A stretch of DNA of 64,000 nucleotides from an uncultured Clostridia bacterium (GTDB taxonomy: Bacteria; Bacillota_I; Bacilli_A; RF39; UBA660): contig CAMBUO010000002.1 of the NCBI GenBank assembly GCA_945871105.1, positions 19,662 through 83,661 of the forward strand, given 5' to 3'. The notes below the pieces were generated by a model. That model ran no database searches and had not been told where the DNA came from. It was given only the letters and a program-made list of their open reading frames with translations. A program made the translations under genes and the position numbers. This document shows positions 49,383-58,398 of this stretch, one piece after another. Each line of letters begins with the position of its first letter. Within the stretch, counting starts at the first letter, position 1.

Positions 49383-52300
49383 CTAAGTATGCCAACATTT
49401 TTTTCTTTGAGAACAAGAACCTGTTGAATATTTATATCCACAATATGATGAACCAAGTGAATTTTTACATTTAGTGCTACATGCTGAAGAGCAAGAAGAA
49501 CCAGTTGTGCTCTTGGAACTTTTACCGGTACAAAGGCCAGATCCGACTTCATATTTACAGGTACAACTACAATTATAAGTTTCACAACTACAAGCTGAAT
49601 CTCTAGAATATTCATAAATTTTATAAGTTGCCGTAGTACTTGCAGATTCACCATTTACTCCTGTACATGTTATTGTTATTTGCCATCCACTTGTTGATCC
49701 ATCATAGGTTGCAGTTGCCGTTTTTGTATAACTATCACCTGTTGTTGAAAATGTTTTACTCTTATTATTAGTAACATCAAATGAACTAATTCCATCAGCT
49801 GATGTACATGTTGCTGTTGCAACTGCTCCGGACTTATAACCTGATGAATAACTTTCACCGCTGATTGAAATACTAACAGTTGGCGGTTCAGGTTTGGTAA
49901 TAATTAATGTTCCATTTTGATAACTAATAGAATAATTACTTGTTACTTCAGTAGATCCTGATTTAATGACTGCTCCACTTGGCGTAATGGTTCCACTTGT
50001 TGTTACATTCGTGGTTGATTGATTCAAATTAATGCTTGTTACACTATGACCACTTACTAATCCAGTTGTTGTTATATAACTCGTTCCCGTTCCAATATTA
50101 TCTCCATAACTAATAGTTTGTGATTTAGCTGTAATAGTAACACTCTTTTTACTGATTGTAAAATCTTTTGTATTTCCTGTTAAGGTATAATTATTCTTGT
50201 TGGCTCTTCCTCCACTTACACTGGAAATACTAGCTGTTGATGTATAACTTCCGGCATTAGTTTCTGTTGTTCTTATGACATTTAATGTTTCCCCACTTAC
50301 ACCACTGGTTGCAGTTGCTGTTGGTCCTTGAGCTCCCCCATTGTAAGTAAAGGTTGTCGTACTACCCCAATTTACTGCTACTGTTTTTTTAGAGATTGCA
50401 CAATCTAAAGTTGTCGATGTTGACCCATTACTAAAGGTATAATTAGAATTAGCATTAACTGTTACAGTATATGTACCAGCATCCGTTTTTAAATTATTAC
50501 TATAAGTTACATTTGACCCACCACTAGCTATTGCTTGTTCTAATCCATTATAGGTTACATTCTGGCAACTTCCTATTGTTGCTGTTGGTGAACGATTAAT
50601 TACTAAAGTTCCACTTTTATAACTAATAGAATAATTACTCGTTACAACAGTGCTTCCTGATTTAATAACTGCTCCACTTGGAGTAATTGTTCCACTTGTT
50701 GTTACATTTGTGGTTGATTGACTCAAATTAATACTTGTTACACTATGACCACTTACTAATCCAGTTGTTGTTATATAACTTGTTGACATTCTAATGCTAC
50801 TTCCATAAGTAATGGTTTGATTATCGGCCTTAATGGTAACTGATTTTTTACTAATGCTACAGTTTAAAGTTTTATTGGCTGTCGTTCCATTACTCCAACG
50901 ATAGCCCGATTTTAAAGATACAGTTACAGTCTGCGATCCATAATTAGTTCTATTGTTATTACTATATTCTACCCCGGTTCCTCCACTAGCTAAGGTTTGA
51001 CTGCTTCCATTATATGTTTTATTTGGACATGTTCCAACGGAAGCTACTTTATAACCTGTTACAGTATATGTTGCCGTTTCTTGATTATAGTTTTTTGTAT
51101 CCGTTGGAGTAAATGTTACCGTTATAGTACTACTGCCATTGGATACTCCTGTTATGGTTACCGTTTTAGCCGTATTGGCTGCTACACTTGAATAACTAGT
51201 AGGACTAATAGTTGCAACACTTGTTGTTCCGGATACATTACTAAAACTTCCATCAATACTTGCTTTTTCGGTGAAAGTTATTGTTGAACCAGCATTAACA
51301 CTTCCACTAGTTGCACTTAAAGTTATAGTTGGATTTGCTTTATTAATGGTAAAATCTTTTGTGTTTCCTGTTAAAATATAATTGTTTTTATTGGCTCTTC
51401 CTCCACTTACACTGGAAATACTAGCCGTTGATGTGTAACTTCCGGCATTAGTTTCTGTTGTTCTTATGATATTTAATGTTTCACCACTTACACCACTGGT
51501 TGCAGTTACTGTTGGTCCTTGAGCTGAACCATTGTAAGTAAAGGTTGTCGTACTACCCCAATTTACTGATATTTCTTTTTTATTAAGCGTACAAGTCAAT
51601 GTTGGTGTTGATCCATCACTAAAAGCATAATTATCCTTTAAAACAATTATTATTTCATAACTACCAGCATCAATCTTTTTATTATTAGTAAATGTATAAC
51701 CTTCCCCTGGCGTTTTAGTTAAAGTTTGTTCATATCCGTTATAAGTTAAATCATTACAATAACTACTATCTGGTTTAGCCACACTTTTGTTAATTTGATA
51801 AGTAATTGTTCTTGTATTAACATTTCCTGCATAATCTTTTATTTCTATTTCTAATTTATATTTTCCTAGTTCTAAATTTTTCGTTATATTAAATTCTGTT
51901 AAGTTATTATCAATCGTGACATAATTTTTACTACTTCCTTGTTTTTCAAAAGAATATCTAATACTTTGAACTTTACTATCCAAATCAACGATATCTTTAA
52001 CTGTAGCATTTATATTTATACTATTACTAGTAATATTCTTAGTAATACTATCACTAGTAATTAGAGTTGTATCTTCATAAACATCAAAACGAGGATTCGT
52101 CGTATCAACTTTAATATTTATATGACCATGTTTAGTTTCTTTGTTACTACTTGAAATTCCATAATATTCATAGTTACCACTTTTATCAACATTAATACTA
52201 CAAGTTTTAATACTAGTTCCTGTCATAGTACAATTAAAACTTGTTCCTAAAATATTATCTTTGACATAAACTTTTTCAACGTTATTTAAAGTTTTAAAAG

Positions 52301-52799
52301 TTAATTTAACGTAACTATTAACCCAGTTATTAACTTGATATACTTTATTAGTATCATTAACTGTTGCTGTTACTTGTAAAGAATAACCAATATTTCCAGA
52401 ACACTCTGGTTTATCCGATGTATAACTGTCTCCATCACAGGTTAAGCAAACATAGTAATTAGTTTTATCGTAACTATCCTTATAAGCTCCAACATAACTA
52501 GTATCCAAGTTACATTGATTCCCTTTCCGATCAACTATATCTGTTGAATATTTATTTTCAACTAAATCTTTTAAACTTACGCTTTTTTCATCACCAAACA
52601 TTACAGGTCTATCACTAGTATAAGCATAATATTCTCCACCTGATACTAAAATTGATTCTTCTAAAGTTTTATAAAATGATGCTTTTAAATGTTTTGTAAT
52701 TCCAACATAGGCAGCACTAACAATACCTAAAACTATTGCTAAAATAGCTATCGTTGATAATAATTCTACTAATGTAAAACCTTTTTTATTTTTAAACAT
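49383..52799 (-). CDS. Giant modular type IV pilin-like adhesin (1,138 aa)
   Basis: Class III signal MFKNKKG|FTLVELLSTIAILAIVLGI, with Glu at +5. Followed by tandem Ig-like / MBG-like modules (TYNG..Q motifs) and a Cys-rich 75-aa tail. Start overlaps the preceding pilin stop by 8 nt. Confidence 0.75.
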   Translation of the reverse strand: MFKNKKGFTLVELLSTIAILAIVLGIVSAAYVGITKHLKASFYKTLEESILVSGGEYYAYTSDRPVMFGDEKSVSLKDLVENKYSTDIVDRKGNQCNLDTSYVGAYKDSYDKTNYYVCLTCDGDSYTSDKPECSGNIGYSLQVTATVNDTNKVYQVNNWVNSYVKLTFKTLNNVEKVYVKDNILGTSFNCTMTGTSIKTCSINVDKSGNYEYYGISSSNKETKHGHINIKVDTTNPRFDVYEDTTLITSDSITKNITSNSININATVKDIVDLDSKVQSIRYSFEKQGSSKNYVTIDNNLTEFNITKNLELGKYKLEIEIKDYAGNVNTRTITYQINKSVAKPDSSYCNDLTYNGYEQTLTKTPGEGYTFTNNKKIDAGSYEIIIVLKDNYAFSDGSTPTLTCTLNKKEISVNWGSTTTFTYNGSAQGPTVTATSGVSGETLNIIRTTETNAGSYTSTASISSVSGGRANKNNYILTGNTKDFTINKANPTITLSATSGSVNAGSTITFTEKASIDGSFSNVSGTTSVATISPTSYSSVAANTAKTVTITGVSNGSSTITVTFTPTDTKNYNQETATYTVTGYKVASVGTCPNKTYNGSSQTLASGGTGVEYSNNNRTNYGSQTVTVSLKSGYRWSNGTTANKTLNCSISKKSVTIKADNQTITYGSSIRMSTSYITTTGLVSGHSVTSINLSQSTTNVTTSGTITPSGAVIKSGSTVVTSNYSISYKSGTLVINRSPTATIGSCQNVTYNGLEQAIASGGSNVTYSNNLKTDAGTYTVTVNANSNYTFSNGSTSTTLDCAISKKTVAVNWGSTTTFTYNGGAQGPTATATSGVSGETLNVIRTTETNAGSYTSTASISSVSGGRANKNNYTLTGNTKDFTISKKSVTITAKSQTISYGDNIGTGTSYITTTGLVSGHSVTSINLNQSTTNVTTSGTITPSGAVIKSGSTEVTSNYSISYQNGTLIITKPEPPTVSISISGESYSSGYKSGAVATATCTSADGISSFDVTNNKSKTFSTTGDSYTKTATATYDGSTSGWQITITCTGVNGESASTTATYKIYEYSRDSACSCETYNCSCTCKYEVGSGLCTGKSSKSTTGSSCSSACSTKCKNSLGSSYCGYKYSTGSCSQRKKCWHT
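49910..50083 (-). repeat. Intragenic repeat R2, copy 1 (~174 bp)
   Basis: About 90% identical by eye to 50609-50782. Encodes ITTTGLVSGHSVTSINL(N/S)QSTTNVTTSGTITPSGAVIKSGST. Confidence 0.8.
50161..50378 (-). repeat. Intragenic repeat R1, copy 1 (~218 bp)
   Basis: About 92% identical by eye to 51352-51568. Encodes NWGSTTTFTYNG.AQGPT.TATSGVSGETLN.IRTTETNAGSYTSTASISSVSGGRANKNNY.LTGNTKDFTI. Confidence 0.8.
50609..50782 (-). repeat. Intragenic repeat R2, copy 2
   Basis: See 49910-50083. Confidence 0.8.
51352..51568 (-). repeat. Intragenic repeat R1, copy 2
   Basis: See 50161-50378. Confidence 0.8.
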
Positions 52800-53142
52800 T
52801 ACTACAACCTCCTGGTACACTTATACCACTATCCTGAAAAACATTATTAGAGCCATTGCTACAAGTTAAATAAGCTTTCATTTCACTAATATTAACATAA
52901 CCATTACAAGTAAGCTTTTCATTAATCTTAGGCATACCTAAATCACTTAAGCAAATATAAGTTTTACTTTTATAATCAGGAATAGTTTTAACATATTTAA
53001 TCATCATATCTTTATAAGTTTCATATTGTTTATTCGTATTTGAACTATAAATCTTTCTAACACTTGGAAATATTAACATCATAACTAAAGACATTAACAC
53101 AATAACAGCTAATAATTCTACTAATGTAAAACCTTTCTTCAT
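52792..53142 (-). CDS. Type IV pilin/pseudopilin (116 aa)
   Basis: MKKG|FTLVELLAVIVLMSLV prepilin leader with Glu at +5. Two Cys pairs in the C-terminal globular part. Confidence 0.8.
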   Translation of the reverse strand: MKKGFTLVELLAVIVLMSLVMMLIFPSVRKIYSSNTNKQYETYKDMMIKYVKTIPDYKSKTYICLSDLGMPKINEKLTCNGYVNISEMKAYLTCSNGSNNVFQDSGISVPGGCSNV

Positions 53143-53258
53143 TTTATCACTCCTACTATTTAATTAAATTATAGCATATAATTAGAAATTTTTAATATTT
53201 TTATTTTAATTTTTAAAAAAAATATAAAACTTTCATAGTTTTATATATTTACAAAGAA

Positions 53259-55058
53259 TTAATATTTATTAATTATTCTTTTAAAGTCTTCATTTAAATT
53301 GTTAACTAAAAGATAATCAGTAAAACCATCTTTTATATAGTGTTTACCTATTTTGTCTTGATTATCATTTAAAATGATAATAATAGGTGTTTTAATATTT
53401 AAACTTTTTATATTTTGAAAAGTTTCATAACCATTCATTTCTTTCATTTCCCTAGATACTAAAATTAAATCATAACATTTACCTGATTTTAATAAATCAA
53501 TTGCATCATATCCATAATATATATTTGTATAACTTATATTATTACTTTGACATAATCTTTTTAAACTACTAATTAATTCTTTGTCTTGAGAAATTATTAA
53601 TATTTTTTTCGATTTATAAATTTCATGAATATATTTTTCTAAGATATCTTCTTTATTATCTTGATATATTCTTTGATCAATTACTAATTTAGTTTCTGTT
53701 CCTTGGGAATTAGATTGAATAAGCATACTTCCACCCATGATTTTTACAACTTTTTGACATAATTTCATATTTATTTCTTTTTGTTCTAATTCTTCTAATT
53801 CTTCTTTACTAAATTCTCCTGTTGCACTTAAAATTTCATTTATAGTTTCAATTGATACCCTATTTCCATTATCACTTATCGTGAATATTATTCGACAAAA
53901 ATCATATTTTTCTAAGATATCTACTTTAAATAATAAATAACCTTCTTTTAATCTTTCTAAACTATTTACTAAAATTGAATATAATATTTGTTTTAATTTA
54001 ATATAATCACCATATAATATTGGAATATTCTTAGGTATCTTTTGTTCAAATTTAACCTGAGGATTCTTTTCTTTCATAATTCTTTTTAAAATATCTTCTA
54101 AAATATTTTCTAAAGAATACTTTGTATCAATTATTTTTAATTTATTAACATCAATTACAGATATATCTAAGACATTATTAATAGTAAAATCTAAATGTTT
54201 AGTAATACTTTTTACTAATTCTAAAGATCCTTTTACACTTTCTTTATTATCTATATCCACATTATTACAAATATCTTTTATTTCTTTTAAAGGACTTCTA
54301 ACTTCAGCTGCTGTTTCAAACAAAAAGTTATATTTATCAACATAGTTTTGTTCAGCTAACTCTTTACTTTTATATAGTTCATTTAACATTTTAATATCGG
54401 GGTTTTCAATTGTAAAATACATTAAAAAAGTAATAAATGTTTGCATAGGAATCATTAAAGTTAATTCAGGATAAATAGATTGAATAATCATAACAATAAA
54501 ACCTAAAGCAATAAAAGTAAAAACCGGAGTATATTTCTTTGATTTAATATAATGAATATTTCTAATTAATAAATAAAACCAACTAGCAATTAAAATACCA
54601 CTTACTATATAAACAAAATTGACACTAGCACCATAAGTATAATTAAAACCATGTATTTTCATAGGTAAAATAGTTATAACAATAAAAGATATTAAGACAA
54701 GTATTTTTAAACATTTTTTCATTTTATTTAATTTTTTATTTAAAATATCTTCTTTCGAAACTCTATCTTTCGTGCATATTAAATAAATATAATAAGTAAA
54801 TAAAGATATCCAAATAATAAAGTAATAAAGAATAAATTTTAAAATAAAAACAGCTAGATTTAAATTAATATCTACTAAAAAATGAATAGCAAAAGTTGCT
54901 AAAAAGACTTCGATGATTAAGCCAAAGAAATTACAAATAATTAAATATTTATATACTTTATTTTCTTCGTTAGGAAGTCTATTTTTGGAAAAATAAATAA
55001 TCATTATCATGATACTATAAAGTAAACTAATAACTGAAAATAAAATATTATTAAGCAT
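53259..55058 (-). CDS. Degenerate hybrid sensor histidine kinase (multi-TM sensor, HisKA-like without His, HATPase, pseudo-receiver)
   Basis: Six or seven N-terminal TM helices. The H-box reads ETAAEVRSPL where SHELRTPL is expected. N-box LVNSLE, DNGNR, GGSMLIQSNSQGTE. In the receiver, the acceptor position reads DLILVSREM (Asp to Ser). Confidence 0.7.
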   Translation of the reverse strand: MLNNILFSVISLLYSIMIMIIYFSKNRLPNEENKVYKYLIICNFFGLIIEVFLATFAIHFLVDINLNLAVFILKFILYYFIIWISLFTYYIYLICTKDRVSKEDILNKKLNKMKKCLKILVLISFIVITILPMKIHGFNYTYGASVNFVYIVSGILIASWFYLLIRNIHYIKSKKYTPVFTFIALGFIVMIIQSIYPELTLMIPMQTFITFLMYFTIENPDIKMLNELYKSKELAEQNYVDKYNFLFETAAEVRSPLKEIKDICNNVDIDNKESVKGSLELVKSITKHLDFTINNVLDISVIDVNKLKIIDTKYSLENILEDILKRIMKEKNPQVKFEQKIPKNIPILYGDYIKLKQILYSILVNSLERLKEGYLLFKVDILEKYDFCRIIFTISDNGNRVSIETINEILSATGEFSKEELEELEQKEINMKLCQKVVKIMGGSMLIQSNSQGTETKLVIDQRIYQDNKEDILEKYIHEIYKSKKILIISQDKELISSLKRLCQSNNISYTNIYYGYDAIDLLKSGKCYDLILVSREMKEMNGYETFQNIKSLNIKTPIIIILNDNQDKIGKHYIKDGFTDYLLVNNLNEDFKRIINKY

Positions 55059-55131
55059 ATTCCACCTCTATATTAAGTATAGCATAATTAATTTTAAGAA
55101 AAAAGAGAAAATAAAAAAATAAGTAAAATAC

Positions 55132-56928
55132 TTATTTTCTTAAAACTTTAATTTTTTCTCCATCTATTGCTTCTTTAGAGAATAACTTAGCATTTTCATT
55201 TAATTTTTGATAATCGACTTTTCCAACAGGTGTTCTTGGTAAACTATCTTGAATTGATAAGATATCTGGTTTTTCAAAGTCTTTAAAATTATTATTAATG
55301 TAATCAATTAATTCTTGTTCACATTCTTCTTTTGTTTTTTTGGAAAATTCATCAAATGATACTTGGAAAATCATTTTACCATTAGTATAATTTACTTTAC
55401 ATAATTTAACAACTTCACATTGTTTTACTTTTTCAGCTATATCGATTAATTGAATACTTAAACTATTAATATTAACAGGTTCTTGATAGCGATCTAAAAC
55501 AAATAAAGTTCCGGTTTTATCAACATAACCATAATCTTTGGTATCATACCAAAGAGTTCCTTTAGAATCACGAATTAAAACTTGATTGGTAAGTTCTTTA
55601 TTATTTAAATATCCATTCATCATAGCTGGACCAGTTATATATAAGTGTCCTGGTTGATTATAAGTTAAATCATTGCCGTTTTCATCTTTGACCATAACAT
55701 TATTAAATGGTAAAGGAAGACCAGCGGATCCAATTAAATTACATCTTGGGTTAGCTACACTAAAACATGAATCCATTTCACTAGCTCCATAACCTGCTTC
55801 TTGACGAATACCAGTTATCTCTTGAAAACGATTAGCTTGATTAACATCAGCTCTTTCTCCTCCTACGACAACTTTTTTTAAATGACTACTAATTTTCTTT
55901 AAATCTTCTTTTGGTAAATGTAAAATGGAATCCCATAGATATTGAGACCAAATACCATAGTTTGGTAAATGTTTTTTCAAGTATTCAGGAATATTATCAT
56001 AAGTTAATTTTAACTCTAAGATGTTTTCAATTCCAAGACACATAGCCATATGAATAATATCAGCATCCCAAAAGGCTAAAAATGGCGGAACAAGAGCTAA
56101 ATTAGTTTCTCCTCTTTGAAGTCCTAAATCAGCTATTTCATGTTGTTTAGCTAAAGCATTATTAGCATCATGGGATAATATAATGGCTTTACTTTTACCA
56201 GTTGTTCCACTAGTAAGAGCAATATTTGATGGTAACTTTTCAGAATAAACACTATCAGGAAGATGACCATATAAAGAATATTCTCTAAATTGTTTATAAG
56301 TTAAAGCATCTTTAACAACCTTTTTTTGCATTTTATTACTTGTTTCTAAAAGATTAATTTTAAATCTTTCCGTATTAAAAATTGGAGTACTAACTGATAA
56401 AGGTAAACGTACTTTAAGAGAACTTCTAAATTCTTGATTATTTAAAACTTCATAAACTTGATTTTCAAAAATATCTAAAAAGAAAATCATGGCTGGATTA
56501 ATCATTTTTAATTGTTCATACATTTTTTGATTACTAGCATCATTAAAATTTAAATTAGCTGTAATAGCTCCTAAGTAAGCAGCTGCATATTTTAAAGCTA
56601 ATAATTCAGGAGTTGATAAAGCAATAGTTGCAATAACATCACCTCTTTTGATCCCTAAAGCCGTTAAAGAACTAATAAATTTATTACGTAAATTAGTAAA
56701 TTCTTGATTAGTTAATTTTTTTAAACCACGATTATTGATAATAGTTTGATTAGGATAATCTTGATTACATTTAAAAACATAATCTGCTTGATTCATCTTC
56801 GGTAATGCTTCTTGCATTTTCTTTTGATCATACCATTGTTCCCAAATACGATCTTCTTGAATAATACCTGTAATTGGTCTTTTTAATTCTTGTTTTTCAT
56901 TTTCTTTTATAATATCATTTCTTGTCAT
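55132..56928 (-). CDS. AMP-dependent synthetase/ligase (acyl-CoA synthetase-like adenylating enzyme)
   Basis: AMP-binding signature LTSGTTGKSKAI, YGASE, and C-terminal PRTPVGKVDY. Confidence 0.75.
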   Translation of the reverse strand: MTRNDIIKENEKQELKRPITGIIQEDRIWEQWYDQKKMQEALPKMNQADYVFKCNQDYPNQTIINNRGLKKLTNQEFTNLRNKFISSLTALGIKRGDVIATIALSTPELLALKYAAAYLGAITANLNFNDASNQKMYEQLKMINPAMIFFLDIFENQVYEVLNNQEFRSSLKVRLPLSVSTPIFNTERFKINLLETSNKMQKKVVKDALTYKQFREYSLYGHLPDSVYSEKLPSNIALTSGTTGKSKAIILSHDANNALAKQHEIADLGLQRGETNLALVPPFLAFWDADIIHMAMCLGIENILELKLTYDNIPEYLKKHLPNYGIWSQYLWDSILHLPKEDLKKISSHLKKVVVGGERADVNQANRFQEITGIRQEAGYGASEMDSCFSVANPRCNLIGSAGLPLPFNNVMVKDENGNDLTYNQPGHLYITGPAMMNGYLNNKELTNQVLIRDSKGTLWYDTKDYGYVDKTGTLFVLDRYQEPVNINSLSIQLIDIAEKVKQCEVVKLCKVNYTNGKMIFQVSFDEFSKKTKEECEQELIDYINNNFKDFEKPDILSIQDSLPRTPVGKVDYQKLNENAKLFSKEAIDGEKIKVLRK

Positions 56929-56987
56929 ATAACCTCCAAATCACGTTTATTTTAACATATATACATAAAAAAGCAAGATAAAACTTG

Positions 56988-57581
56988 CTAATCTCTTTTA
57001 GAAAACTCACATCCACAATAATCCTGACGATATAAATTATATTCATGTGATAAAACAATACTTCTTTTATAACCTTCTTTTTTCTTAAAATCAGAATATA
57101 AATAATTAATGTGATAAATATTTTCTAACTCTGATCCTATTTTATTAATAACTTGACTATTTTTTAAAGGACTTATAGTTAAAGTTGTTGTTACATAATC
57201 AAAGTTATATTGTTTAGCATATTCAAAAGTTTTCTCTATTCGAAGTCGATAACATTTTAAACAACGACTTCCTCCCTCTTTTTCCTCTTCTAATCCCAAA
57301 ACTGTTTGTAAATATTCATCATGATTATAACCAAGAGAAATTACTTTAACTGGATTATTAGTTTTAAATTCTTTAACAAATCTTTCTAATTCCTGAAGTC
57401 TTTTATTATATTCTGTCTCATTATTAATATTTGGATTATAAAATAGAATGGTAATATCAAAATAATTACTTAAATATTCTATTACATAACTAGAACATGG
57501 AGCACAACAAGCATGGAGTAATAAAGTTTTCTTTTCTTTTAAATTTTTTAAAGTATTTTCTAAAACTATTTGATAATTCAT
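56988..57581 (-). CDS. queH: Epoxyqueuosine reductase QueH (DUF208)
   Basis: HACCAPCSS and C-terminal YCGCEFS Cys motifs. 197 aa. Confidence 0.8.
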   Translation of the reverse strand: MNYQIVLENTLKNLKEKKTLLLHACCAPCSSYVIEYLSNYFDITILFYNPNINNETEYNKRLQELERFVKEFKTNNPVKVISLGYNHDEYLQTVLGLEEEKEGGSRCLKCYRLRIEKTFEYAKQYNFDYVTTTLTISPLKNSQVINKIGSELENIYHINYLYSDFKKKEGYKRSIVLSHEYNLYRQDYCGCEFSKRD

Positions 57582-58297
57582 TAGATATCTAAATTATGAT
57601 AAACATCTGATACATCATCGATATCTTCTAAAGCTTCAATTAAATTCATAACTTTTTCTGTATCTTCATCATTTAAAGCTATTTTATTAGATGCTACATA
57701 AGTAACTTCACTTTTTAAGAACTCAGTAATACCATTATTTTCAAAAGCTTCTTTAACACTTAAAAATTTATCAGGTTCTGTTAAAATAGTATAACAATCA
57801 CCATTATCAACAACATCTAAACAATCTGCACCAATAGCTATATCCATAATCGTGTCAAAATTATTGTTAGCTTCAATTTCAATAACTCCTAAACGTTTAA
57901 ATAAATAACTAACTGATCCATCCGTTCCTAAATTACCACCACGTTTGGTTAGAGTAGAACGAACTAACATAGCTGTTCTATTTTTATTATCGGTTAAACA
58001 ATCAATCATAATAGCAATACCATGAGGTGCATATCCTTCATAACGAATACTTTCAAAATTAACATCACTATTATTACCAATGGCTTTATCAATAGCTTTT
58101 TGAATATTATCTTTTGGCATATTGTTACTTCTAGCTTTTTCAATAACCATACGAAGTCCGGGATTCATATCCGGATCTCCATTAGTACCTTTAGCTGCTA
58201 CTTGAATTTCTTTAGCTATCTTTTGAAATATTTTACCCCTTTCAGCATCAATTAAACCTTTTTTACGATGAATGGTTGCCCATTTAGAATGTCCACT
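57581..58297 (-). CDS. YebC/PmpR family DNA-binding regulator
   Basis: Start refined to MSGHSKWATIHRKK. Full-length YebC architecture. Confidence 0.9.
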   Translation of the reverse strand, partial: SGHSKWATIHRKKGLIDAERGKIFQKIAKEIQVAAKGTNGDPDMNPGLRMVIEKARSNNMPKDNIQKAIDKAIGNNSDVNFESIRYEGYAPHGIAIMIDCLTDNKNRTAMLVRSTLTKRGGNLGTDGSVSYLFKRLGVIEIEANNNFDTIMDIAIGADCLDVVDNGDCYTILTEPDKFLSVKEAFENNGITEFLKSEVTYVASNKIALNDEDTEKVMNLIEALEDIDDVSDVYHNLDI

Positions 58298-58398
58298 CAT
58301 AAATCCTCCCTTCAAACTCCATTATTGTATCAAATTTTTCGTAAATAGTCTATAAATTTAAAATATAATAATATGAAAAATTTATTAAATAGTAATTT

